Assembly: GCA_907165135.1 (NCBI GenBank)
Contig: OU015567.1
Coordinates: 6,200,001 to 6,264,000, forward strand
DNA: 64,000 nucleotides
DNA from: Oikopleura dioica
Lineage: Eukaryota; Animalia; Chordata
Direction: 5' to 3'
The notes beneath the pieces were generated by a model. It saw only the letters and a program-made list of their open reading frames with translations, had not been told where the DNA came from and ran no database searches. Within the stretch, counting starts at the first letter, position 1. Each line of letters starts with the position of its first letter. Below are positions 21,842-43,549 of the stretch, in pieces. The translations under genes were made by a program, and so were the position numbers.

Positions 21842-23247
21842 TCAACAAATTTCTGAACCCCTAGCGTACTCCGCAATCTGATCCCAGTACTGTTTCGAAA
21901 GTGGATTTGCCGACAATGGATAGTCGATCAAATCACATGACCACATTCCAAGCCCAGCCAGTCCATGAGCAGCCGCCATCTTGTATTTTTCTGCCAAAGT
22001 CGCTTGAAAAAAATAAAAGACTTGTAAAAAAATCTCCTTTTTCAAACCTGGTGTGTCAAACCAGCGCTGTCGGTAGTGCCCATTTTCTCGGGTGGAGCAG
22101 TAGACTGTGTGCGAGTCACTGTCGTAGTTGACTCCGTCAAGTGCGTTTTCAGAGCAATTATGAAGAGCATTCGATAATGAATCAATCAATCTATGGGCAA
22201 AGTCCACGACGCATGGAGGGATGGGATTCTAAATGGCTTTGGTCTAACCAAAACAGTTAAAACTTACATGGTGCCGATTCATGTAGACACAAGGGTATCG
22301 GTAGCTGGCCCAGTGAACTCCAAGAACGAGCTTTTCTTTTGGAATTCCCATTTTGAGATAATTCTCGACCCCTTCTGTTATCTTGTCCAACGGAGAAGAG
22401 GCAGAGGCCGTTATTATATTATCCTGGCTATCGTATCCCATTATAAAGAGTGTGTCCATGTGCTCCGCCATTTTGTCCCACAGCTTGCACCTGCCGGATA
22501 GACAAGCTAAAGGCTTAAGAGTTTAAAGTTTGTACTCTGTAAGAGTTTGAATAATTAAACCTTTGGGTCAAACGGCACCGCCATCGACAGGGAGATGTCG
22601 GGTCCAAGGTCAAGAAGGGCTTCTCTTGTTTCCTTTATTAATGAGACTGTTTACTTGGGTTCAACTGGGAGGCTCAAGGACGAAACAAATTAACTTAAAA
22701 AATGTGCTGTAGAACCATTCCGTATGCTTCTTTAGTCTCTTCGTCAAAGATTGGTCCTTCTGCATCGAAAACTGCTCCATCGAAACAACCCTCATCGACA
22801 GTCTTTATCGCTTTAAATTTTCTGATATCATTACAGTAAATTTTACCGTGCGAATGAAATCGACAAGCCTTTTTCTATAAGCCTGGTCATTGAGGTCAAC
22901 AAAGTCAACATGCTCATTTCCAACGCAAAATTCAACCCTAAAGAATTCCCTGTGATTTCGTTGATTTCAAGGGTTGGTACCTTATTCCACTGTCGTGAAA
23001 AAACTCAACATTCTTTCGTCCCCACTTATTTAGGATGCTTACAGACTTCAAGATCTGACTTAATTTAGTTCATCCTTTCCTGGGCGATAGTTGTTATGTT
23101 TTCAAGCGGATATAGATGCGGGTCCAAATGCAGAGGCCAAGCGTAAACTTCAAACTCCCGTCTCGCCTGTCTTTTGCATTTCGAATCTACGCTCTTGGCG
23201 TTTGCGTTGCGAATCAGGAGATTGAATATCAAAATCAGAATCAGCAT
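21842..23247 (-). CDS. CTBS: Di-N-acetylchitobiase (GH18)
   Basis: Signal peptide MLILILIFNLLIRNANA, GH18 motif FDGAVFDAE, DTLFIMGYD, KLVLGVHW, QRWFDTP and GLAGLGMW. Confidence 0.85.
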
Positions 23248-23593
23248 AAATTTGAAGTTTTCGATCTTCATTTTTCACACCTTTTCTCTTCTTCTATCCC
23301 GTGACTTTTGGCAGTCTGAGACAATTCAATATTTTTTCAGCAGCAGTCTTTTTTTCTTCGTTATTTGAAAATCGCGACGTCTAGAGAAAAAAATAGTGGT
23401 TACTCCCCCTTTTTCTTCTTCGTATTTACTCGGCCAATAGCAGAATTAGCCTAGTAGTGGGTGAGTGTCACTATTCTTCAAAAGATATTATTTACTCTGG
23501 GTGGATTTCTAATGGTTTTCTTTGTTCAGACTAACAAAACGAAATCGGTGCTCGAGCGCGGTGCTTGGGTTGGTTTGTTGGGAATAAAAAAAC

Positions 23594-24715
23594 ATGAATA
23601 CGGAAGATTTGAGGATGAGTTTTCTCGCCTCGCCGGATTGGGAAGATCGGCTGAGGAGAACCTTTCTATATCCGGGGACGCAGTGCTTGGACGACGTTAT
23701 GCCGCTTGACATCTCAGGTAGATCAGAGGAATAATAGAAAGGGATTAAACCGCTCCTCGTAGAATTCTGCGTCGAGCACTTTCGAGAGCTCGCGCCAAAA
23801 AACGCTGGAAAACTTGGACCTCGCATCGCCACTCGATTGATGCGAAATACGGCGCTCTGTCCGTCCGCGATCGTCGCCGCGCTGATTTACCTCCAACGAC
23901 TCAAAGCAAACAACCCTGAATACCTAAAGAAAGTGGAGTCTTCGGAATTATTCATCGTTTCGATGATGGTTTCCTCCAAGTACCTCTTTGACAACGGGAC
24001 TGACGACGAGTGCTACAACGATGAGTGGGCCGACTGTTTGGGATTGGAGTCCAAGGATTTGACCAAAATGGAACTTGATTTTCTCACAGTAAATTGAGCT
24101 CAATTTCGCTTTAGAAAATAATCATTTTCATTTTAGGCGATAGACTGGAGCTGCCATATCAGCAATGAAGAATTCAAAAACACCCTCGCCCAGCTTGAAA
24201 TTCAACTGGCAATGCAGACGATTCAAAAGACGGCGTTTTCACATACAACACGGCTGTTAACCTTCGTCTTATGCGTAAGATAAGCAGAACCTATCCATCT
24301 TTCATTTGCAATTTAAGTCTCCTTGTGGCAGTTTTTCAAGGACGTGTCAAAGTTGTTCTTTGTCTCTGCTCTGACTTTGCTCGGTTTTGCCACGTCGATG
24401 AATCAAGTCGGCTTGCAGTTGTCAGAAATGTCGGGCGGAAATGGGCAAAACTTGCACAGCCGAAATCTGACGACGCTAGAAAACTCTCGCGTACCGCAAA
24501 ACGGAGAAGAAGTGGACGAAAACGAGCTAAAATTTGAAGTTTGCGAGAATCCAGCAAACGAGGATGAAGACTCAATCATCATAAAAAGCAAAGAACAAAA
24601 TAACCAATATCCTCCAAAGAAAAACAACGACCAGTCCAAAGATGCGATGAAAAACTGCTATCGCTACGGTTTCAACAAAGTGGAGATTTGCGTCAAACCG
24701 CTAGTTTTACTTTGA
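23594..24715 (+). CDS. CNPPD1: Cyclin Pas1/PHO80 domain-containing protein (apparent 1-nt frame break)
   Basis: CPSAIVAALIYLQRLKANNPEYLKKVESSELFIVSMMVSSKYLFDNG..ECYNDEW and AIDW. The GVFTY motif is reached only by adding one A to the A4 run at 24225-24228. Confidence 0.85.
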
Positions 24716-25339
24716 CTTGGAAATTGACTTGGAAAGTCTAGCCTTTCTGTCTCTCTATCTCTCTAAGGTGTCGTTAACTATGAATCAGCTTTCCCAAATA
24801 TAACCTCTCTTTATGCAAATCTCACAGTTCAAAATTCCTACCCACCTTCTTTTGTCTGAAAATAATGGTTAATTTTCCTAATTTGCGAAATCAAATTTCC
24901 CACCCTCAATTCTCCGGTGTCTGAGCTCCTCAATGGACCTTTCCATATTCAATAAACTCTCCCAAAGAGCCGCTTGTATCAAGTATTCTGAATGCATATT
25001 GGGGATAAACTGGAATCGGAAAGTATTAGATCTGAAAAGCGCACCGCGAATTACTTCAAGTTTGCTTGGCCCGGGGCGCTTCCTTGCCGAATTCAGGGGT
25101 TGAAAAAAATTCTCAAGAATAGATTCCTTCTTTGAAAACAATCCAAAAGGAAAAAGAGAGGAACGAATACTTTCTCGAATTCGATACTACTAAAAGTAGC
25201 TGCTTGGGTTAAAATTAGCTGTTTCTATTGCTCGGTGAACAAAAATTGTGAATTATTAATTTGAAAACGGGTTGTATTGATCTTTGGTTGAGCAAGGTTT
25301 ATGTTTTTAGATGAATCAGAATTGAAATTCTTGCGTTAG

Positions 25340-29428
<4,089 letters not shown>

Positions 29429-30075
29429 AAAGCCAATCCAAAATCCGCTATTTATTCTCTTTCATTCGAATACTTCGCTCCAGACAATCAAGTCAAACAC
29501 TCGGTATCTTGCAATCAACATCTCAAAGAATTAATAATTACAATCGTGTGTCGAGTATCTAAATCAATTACACGTACTGAGATTATTTTTTTCGAACATT
29601 TGACTCCTTGAAACATTCTCGTTTTCCGCCATCCGAAATTTGCCTATCGCCATCAAGTGCCTTGGATTTAGAAATGAAACAGCGTACTACTTATCTAGGC
29701 ATTGAGTTAAAATAATTTTATAAAAATTTGCTCGTTTTAAAACTTTTAAATCCCATTTTCTTCCCAATATCGCTCGTTTTTTTCCTAGCCTAAGACTTCC
29801 TGCTCCAAGACAATTTGCTCGTTCTGTTCAAAACACTCAAAACAATCTTACTGTACTATAATTCTAAAATAATAATAACTGTAGCTACTGTTTACCTACA
29901 CTGTTCCTTTCACTGTACTCTTTATTTCTATTCTATAATCATCTTCAATCTTTGCACTAACTTAACTTTCTCGCTCCCGTTTGTTCGACTCTTTCTCAAA
30001 AACCCCAAAACACTGATAACTTCTCATATTTAATAAAAATTTGTTGGTTATTTACTCCGAAACAGCTGTTCTCAG

Positions 30076-30917
<842 letters not shown>

Positions 30918-32029
30918 TTAGTCATTACTTATTCTGTACTCCTAAGTTCCTTTACTAATTTTTCTTTAAAATCATTGTGCAATATAAATTTCAAAGTTCT
31001 GAAAGGCTCGAATGTATCTTGATCTTCTCAAAGATACATTCATAATTTATGCTTTTCCATTTCAGTATACACAGAAATCATCAGGAATATCTTTTCTTGG
31101 TTCAGCTTGAACCCGTTTGGAGTATACGCAGGTTTATATACAGTGCCCATATTTTATCAAATTGATGAGAAACTGAGCGCCGTCAGTGGTCAATCTACAA
31201 AGGTGTATATTTAGCGCGGCTTGAAATGAATAGCCTTTTTGATATTTTAAACTCGAGTTGAAAAGTTAAAGTAGATAAAATGGTCTCTGAAAATCTCAAG
31301 AGTACTTTCAAGGTAACCAGAGAAAAGGAAAATGGAGAAATTAACAGTTTTCAAGGAGGAAAAATTCAGAAGATATTTCATTGTCGGGCTCGTTTCTGGA
31401 ATAACTGCGTTGATTTCTATGGGCAGGTCTTGATATTCTCAAGATTCGAGAGTAAATCCGTTTGACTTAAATTCTGATTCTTGATCTTTGAAAAAGTCAG
31501 TCTGATGTTTCTCCTCGATCGGACAGCTCTTATCGTGTTTCCAGTAAGTCTGCGATGCATCCATCTTATTTCTTTCTGATTCTAGCTTTGTGTTGGTTTT
31601 GTTGGCTCTTGTACGATAACAACTATTCATAGTCTCAAAGCGTACATCTTTTTCATCGAAAAATTTCCCAAAGAAACTTCCAGGTGCATTTTCCCTCCCA
31701 TTCGTTTATTCATTTTTCAATTTTAGTGACGCTGGTGACGAAAAACAAAAAGTAAGTTGCCACTTTTTCCAAAAATATCAATTTTTGATGAGTTCCGTCT
31801 TTTGTTTTCGTTCTTATTTCTTCGTTTTTTTAGAGATCGAGCGATTTTCTAGAGGTTCCTCCACCGTCGCATGGGCTGCCAGGAAAGGGATGATTGGTTT
31901 TTCATTTTCTGGAAGTTAAAGTTGACCTCTAATTTCGCTTATTGGTTATTTTGAGCGCGGTTGTCAGCCGGAGCCGCAGCTTAGAGACAGTTTATTTTAA
32001 GCAAAAATATAAACCCTTTTTTCTTTATT

Positions 32030-33772
32030 AAAAATCATCGACCAAAAGGCGACGAAAATTGCTGATCAAAAGCCCAAGAAACGAGTGCGCTTTGGAGAAA
32101 TCAACAAGTCTTCTGCCAAAGCGAGTTAAAAATAAATATTCTGTAAATAAATTGTAAGATTTTGATAGTGGTTCATTTTTTTAACTCCAAGGCTGAAAAA
32201 TGGGATGGCACGCGGTTTTTGAACACGGTGAACATTTATCAGACCGCGACGGCGGCTATCCAGGAGCTCGAGGCGCGTGAACTCGAGGCTGCGTTGGGAA
32301 TACTTGACGGGCAATTAGAGCAAGTTGCTGAGCAAGCACGGTAGGGATTATGTCGAGTTGATTAAGTTCAATCGAGTTTCTTACCCAGCTTCGCGCAAGA
32401 AGACATGAAGGATGTCTCTGACGAGCTGAACCAGGCGAAGAGTGATTTGAGCACGCTCTTAAATCTTCCAGAAACGAGTTCTTCCAGAAATCGCAATCAA
32501 TCTTGCCCCAAATTATTGGTATTCTTCCTTGATTTCAATCAGGAACTCGATAAAAGACGAGAAAAAGGTCAACTTTGGCCTTTCAGACGAGCCTTACTCT
32601 GAAGTCGTTCGAAAATCCGAGTTGCTGGTGCAAATGATAGAAGATGAAATTCAACCACAACGAGAAAAATTTCTCCAGGAAAATTCAAATTTGTCGAAAA
32701 TCGAAGCAGATCGGGCCTCAGTGCAGCAGCAGATTCAACTCAGGTAAGAACTCGTGGACTCAATTGACTCCAATAGACTATCGTTGTTTTCTAATGCGCT
32801 TTTTGTCAGGATACTGACGCATTTTCAATATGGCGTCTTTTACTAAAGTCTTGTTTTAGAACCGATTTCGAGGCGACGATAGAAAACACATTATTGGAAA
32901 TGTTTGGCGGTGTATATTCATCCAACAATGAAGAGGAATCCCAGACAGGTCCACATCTAAATCTGAATTGTTCGCTTTCAATCCATTACGTTCTCCCTTA
33001 GCCCTCGATAATTACAAAATGCGACATGAATCCTTGCTGAATGTCGCTTTAACTTGGAAGAAAATAACGGCAAAGTTTGAATCGACTTACCGACTTTTGC
33101 AGCTCGCGAAAAAATTGATGAAAAATAAAAGCGCAGAGCGAAAAAAGCAGATGAAGCGTTCTGGTGATAGAATTTATAGCTCTGGAGTTGAAAATCTTAA
33201 GCACTTAACTATCGTTGGGAAAATGATGTATGCGTGAAAAGACGGTATTAGCTGCTATTTTGTTGTTTTAGTCAGATTCCTTGCCCATTTGCTGAAGACG
33301 ATGCAAATGCTCTGATCGCTGTTGGCAATCAGCTCTCTTGGTACAGCAGTTCGAAGAATACGATCACGACGAAGAACATTTACTTGCTCCTGCGAACACT
33401 TCAGTCAAAGCTCAAAGAATCAATAAGGTCGTCAAAAATGCCCCTATCCTACTCCATCTTATTCAGATTTAGGTGGTGTCACACGATTTACGAGGACATT
33501 ATTGAGCAAGACTTGGAAACATCTTCAGGTAAAGCCTTCTCCCTTTTCGATCTTATCGAGCGATAGATCATTTCAACACGATGAAGAGAATGATGGCGGA
33601 TCAACGAAGAGAACTGGTCTCGAAGACGATGAAACGACTCACTGGCAAAGAACTGGACGGATACGAAGCAGATTTTAATGCGTTCACAGATTTGCCCCCG
33701 AAAGTCAATCCGCTCAAAAATATCAAGTTTTTATCGAGAATATCATCTGCCTGCACAGAATCTACGATTTGA
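32030..33772 (+). CDS. Uncharacterised coiled-coil protein with a KRVRF motif; start not resolved
   Basis: Chain of short exons with splice sites (AEKWDGTRFLNT..., MKDVSDELNQAKSDL..., MKRMMADQRRELVSK...). No family recognised. Confidence 0.5.
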
Positions 33773-33833
33773 AAATTGATTTTCTAAAGTATTTATTCAT
33801 TGACAATAAATTAAGTGGGGGTAAGATCGAGTC

Positions 33834-35313
33834 TTACAAAGTTCGCGCGACGAGTTCCTTCATGATTTCTGTTGTTCCAGCGTAGATCGACTCGACTCTC
33901 ACTCCAGAGAACATTTGAGCGATGGGGTACTCGAGCATGTAGCCATAGCCGCCCCAGAGTTGCTGGAGCTTTGTGATGTTTTCGATGCACTTTTCGGAGG
34001 TGTAATACTAGAAAGCGTTGTTAGAATCTCTTGTTCGTTTTCTACAAACCTTGAGCATAGAAACACTCTGCTGATCAAGATCTCCTTCTGCGTAGGCTTG
34101 GATGTGTTTGTCAGTGATTGTTCTGAGCACCATGCATTCTGTTTTCACTTCAGCAAGAGTATGCCTAAAGAATTCATCAATATTCATCGCTCACTAATAT
34201 TCTACTGACCTGACTTGTTGATTGGCAATCAGTGGCTTTCCGAATGCCTCTCGCTCATGAACATACTCTCTCGTCAATTCGAAAGCCTTCTCAAGCTGTG
34301 CAGTGCATCCCATCGCCACAAGCAGTCGTTCTCGACCCAGATCGTGCATCAAAAACTGGAAGCCTCGGTTGATTCCTTCTTCACCTCCCAACACCGCGTT
34401 TGCCGGAAGACGCACGTCGTTGAAGAAAAGTTCCGCCGTGTCCGCACTTGCGCGGCCGATTTTTTTCAGAAGTTTTCCTTACAGGAAATTTACGAACTAC
34501 AGGATGGAAATATATATCTACCTTTTTCAAACCCTGGTAAGTTTGTATCGACCAAAAAGAGAGAGATTCCATACGCCGCCTTTTCCGCGTCTTTGTCTGT
34601 AACAGCCACAACGATCGCCATGTCCGACATATAGCCACAAGAGATGAATACTTTTGAACCGTTGAGAATCCAGTCGTCTCCGTCTCGAATAGCGTTTGTT
34701 TTAATACCCTGGACGTCGGATCCACTTCCTGGCTCAGTCATACACAGACAAGAAATAATCTCTCCATCCCTTATTCCAGGCACATACTAAAATATTCAGT
34801 TTCGAATTCTCTTCAAATTCTCTTACTCGGTCGACTTGCTCATCAGTTCCGTAGCTGCAGATGTATGGAAGGACCAGATCGTTTTGAACTTGCATCAATC
34901 CAGGAACAAGGCCGTAGATTTGCTCTTCGATTTGGATGACATTCGAATAGAAGTCCAAACCGTGCCCGTGCTAGAATAAGGATTGATTGTACCAGTAGTC
35001 GAATTCATATGACAATATCTTACATAATCGAAATTACCTTGTCCGCAGACTGTTCGATGCCAATAAGTCCCTGCTTGCCGCACTCCTTGAAAAACTCTCT
35101 GTCCAAATGACCCTGTTCCTCCCATTTCATCTTCCGCTCCATCGGAACAGACTCGTAGAACTTTCTCACTTGCTCCCTCATAATATCGTGCTCCTCCGTG
35201 AAAATCTTCCTCGAGCCAATGTCCGTCAATTTGTCCATCTGCCATGTCTCTGGTCTGTCAGAATAGGCCCTGGAGAGAGGTCTGGCAAGACGAGCCTGGA
35301 TTTTCCTGAGCAT
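33834..35313 (-). CDS. ACADL: Long-chain acyl-CoA dehydrogenase
   Basis: KLTDIGSRKIFTEEHDIMREQVRKF, CMTEPGSGSD, WILNGSKVFI, LGRERLLVA, REAFGK, WGGYGYMLEYPIA and IYAGTTEIMKELVAR. Confidence 0.93.
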
Positions 35314-36568
35314 TTTCTCTTTTAGTAAAAAGTACTTGGAAGGACGAGCCTCGACGTAGAAGAGCCTGGAAAATATCATAGTGGGCGTAAATAGAGCAAA
35401 TGTTTGTTCATGCATTTTCGGTGTACATAAGTCACAGTTCATGACTTACAGGTCAGAAGTGATCTCAAATAGAAATTTATTTGAGTCGAAAATATATATA
35501 ATATTATATAATTCAGAATTGCTTTACGAATTGTGATAGCATAAATTTTATTCTGAAAAGATCTTAAATGGAGTTTGATGGAGATAATCGCTGTTAGTAA
35601 TCGGTTTATGCGACCACCGACTGGTTGTCTTCCTGCCTTGTCGCCGCGCTGGCTAACGCGTGGGGCGGTAGCGAGCCCGCGCGCCACTTCATTCTAGTGA
35701 TCACGATCGCTCGCTCTCTAACTCTGTCTCTCTTGTCGCGAGATAAAGGTTATCACTCTCGCATTCGACAAGTCGGGTTCCTTTTAAATCAATGAGAATC
35801 CTCATCTGTTTTCCGAGCTAAATTAATCGCTCTTCAAGAAGCGTCGAAATAATGATAACCTTGTTAGTTGCACTCTTCATCCAAAAATAACAAGCTTTCA
35901 AAATTAGGCAAAATAAAGCTAGCTTAAGTATCTCAGGCCAAACTTTTTGGAAAAAGGCGACGTTTGAAGAATCTACTCCTGAAATATTGTCTGGCTTTTC
36001 GGAGTTAAATGTAACTGTCCGCCATAGTGTCTGATATAAAAGTAGATAGTGCAGGATAAAACTCATATTGAGAGAAAAACTTTTGATTCTAAATAAAAAT
36101 TTGAATACTTTCATATCGACTACAGCTAAGATCATATCTATCAGAAGTAAATAACAGGACAGTTATTGAACAAATGAAATCAGACTAAGCACTATCAATC
36201 GAATTAAAGTATCGCATACATAAGTTCAATAATAAAGGGTTGGTGGTGTCGCTTCGGTGGAACCCAGCGAAGTCTCTCTTGCGCCGCTTGCACCGCCGCT
36301 CTCCTGGTGGCCGTGTCCTGGCGCCGGCCTGTCTTTGCTAGGCGTCGAAATCGCCAGCTACATTCACACCACCATCTCCACTGATAACCACTCTAGATAT
36401 TCCGTCACCTAACCGAACAGAGAGATATCGCCGTCCTTGTCCGATAGAGCAAAAAATAGAGCTATCTCGTCTCCTGCTGCCGACAATTGCGGGACTCGCC
36501 AGATAACGACTCCCAATCAAGGTAAGAAACGACAATGCTAGATAAGATAATGGGGAAATCTATTAAGT

Positions 36569-41736
<5,168 letters not shown>

Positions 41737-43549
41737 CTAGCGGACGGTCAGCAGCACCCGAGTGCGTTGACTCCCGCTCCCGCTCCTGAAGGTTACTTGA
41801 GCTAGTTCTCTAGTCACCTTTTTCTCGAGCAATTTCGACGTCAATTCTCCGCTGCCTGGCTGCCTCGTTAAGACTCAATCTTCAATTACATTTGTGCTTT
41901 TGAAGTGTTCTATTACGTATTTCGTTTTTACCTTTGTATCAGACCACTAGCCACAACCTGAGATTATAATATTTTAATTCTAAATAATTTACTCACAAAC
42001 TTTTAAAAATAATAACTCACGTGAGCAACTCAAGTTTGAATGCAGTATGTAAATTTCAATTTCTTCCTCTTTTTTCATCCTTTCTCTCCGGAGATCCGGT
42101 GCTGTGTGATTTATCTTCAAACAACCCAAAAAGTGTTCGTTGAAAAATAAACATATCTTCTGTCAAAAAAAATATTACTCCGTAGAACACTACTTTCTTC
42201 CCGGACAAACAATTCTACCACTGTAATATCTACTGTAAATATCTGAAATGTAAAACAATTCAACAATTTTGAATAGTAGCAGCCAATAAATGGATGCTTT
42301 GTTCATATTTAAAGTAATAAAATATTTTGCCTAAAATTGAATCTTGCCTTGTTCATTTTTTTTTGCAGATATTATCAAATATCCCAGTTAGTGAAAAAAT
42401 AGCTTCAAAGACACACAAAATGTAAAAAAAATGAGTAAAAGCAGTAAGTAAAGGCAGACTGCCTCGACACGGATTTTTCCAGGTTCTAAGCTGGAATTTC
42501 CAATGCTTTCTTTTTTTTTTGTTAGCCAGAGTCTTGGTCGAATCAGCCTTGATGTCCCATCATCAGATGCAAAGATTCAATACAAAAGATTTCCATTTCT
42601 TTTCCCAGAGGCATTTTTCCCGTGTAGTTCTTTATACCTTCCTTGGAGTGTAAGGCTTAGATTCTTCTCATTCGGGAATGAATACCATTGGTCTCAGAAA
42701 GTATGACGAAAAGATTGGAGAGTCAAATATAATTATCTTCAATATTGATAGCTTCAAGGGGAAAGCCACACAAAGTGGGTCCTTCCCGATGCTAATTTCT
42801 GATTCATTCGACTGTCACTAAGTCTCACTGCGTCAGATTCAAATCTGCATCATAATCCGACTGGTACGTTTGAGCTGCGTTCACAGCTCATTACACTTAG
42901 CTGACATCCATTAGAACTTTTTATCACGTGCCAGGATCAAGCATCAATCAGCCCAAAGTGGCATGTTTGGATCAGCCGAGGCGGGAAAAGCATGGGCTTA
43001 CTCGATCTTATCGAGCCCGTTTCCGGAAACAGGAGCAGCCAGGAAGTCCCTACAGAGACGAACGAGTGACCTTAATTCTTTCCCAGGCCTAATTATTATC
43101 CAAATTTCGACTCGACTTTTTTAAAACGTAAAAACTTGAAATCCACAAAAAGGGAATCGGCGAAGGGTTTGGCGAGTTCTAATCCATCCGTTTTTGAGGA
43201 TTAATTTCCGCTCAAAGTAGGTGATAAGAGAAATTTTGAGTGAAGCTGGCGGTTGATGATGTTGCTCGCGATATTTAGGCTTCGTTTCCTTATCTTGCAC
43301 GTTGTGCCGCCTCCCGAGCAAGTGCTGTCAACACTCCAGAAAAAGAGCTCGAAAAGCTATTGACTGTAGTTTTCCCGGTGCCTAATGATATTTCATAAAC
43401 TAAAATTGTCATTTGATCATGAAAATCTCACTTTTTCCATCGATTTATAGCTATTTTTCTTAAGGGTATCAACATGATATCTTCCAAAGTGTTAAACGCA
43501 TCTTTGGTGGTGTTGGTGGTGCTATTCTTTCAGCCAATCAGGAGCGAGA

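Noticed and set aside
31040-31630. Minus-strand frames interrupted by single TGAs, suggesting TGA=Trp recoding or a NUMT
   Set aside because: No recognisable protein, and the stop frequency is compatible with non-coding AT-rich DNA.
35818-36135. 105-aa hydrophobic ORF upstream of GATA
   Set aside because: The composition is explained by AT-richness, there is no family match, and the splice context is unconvincing.
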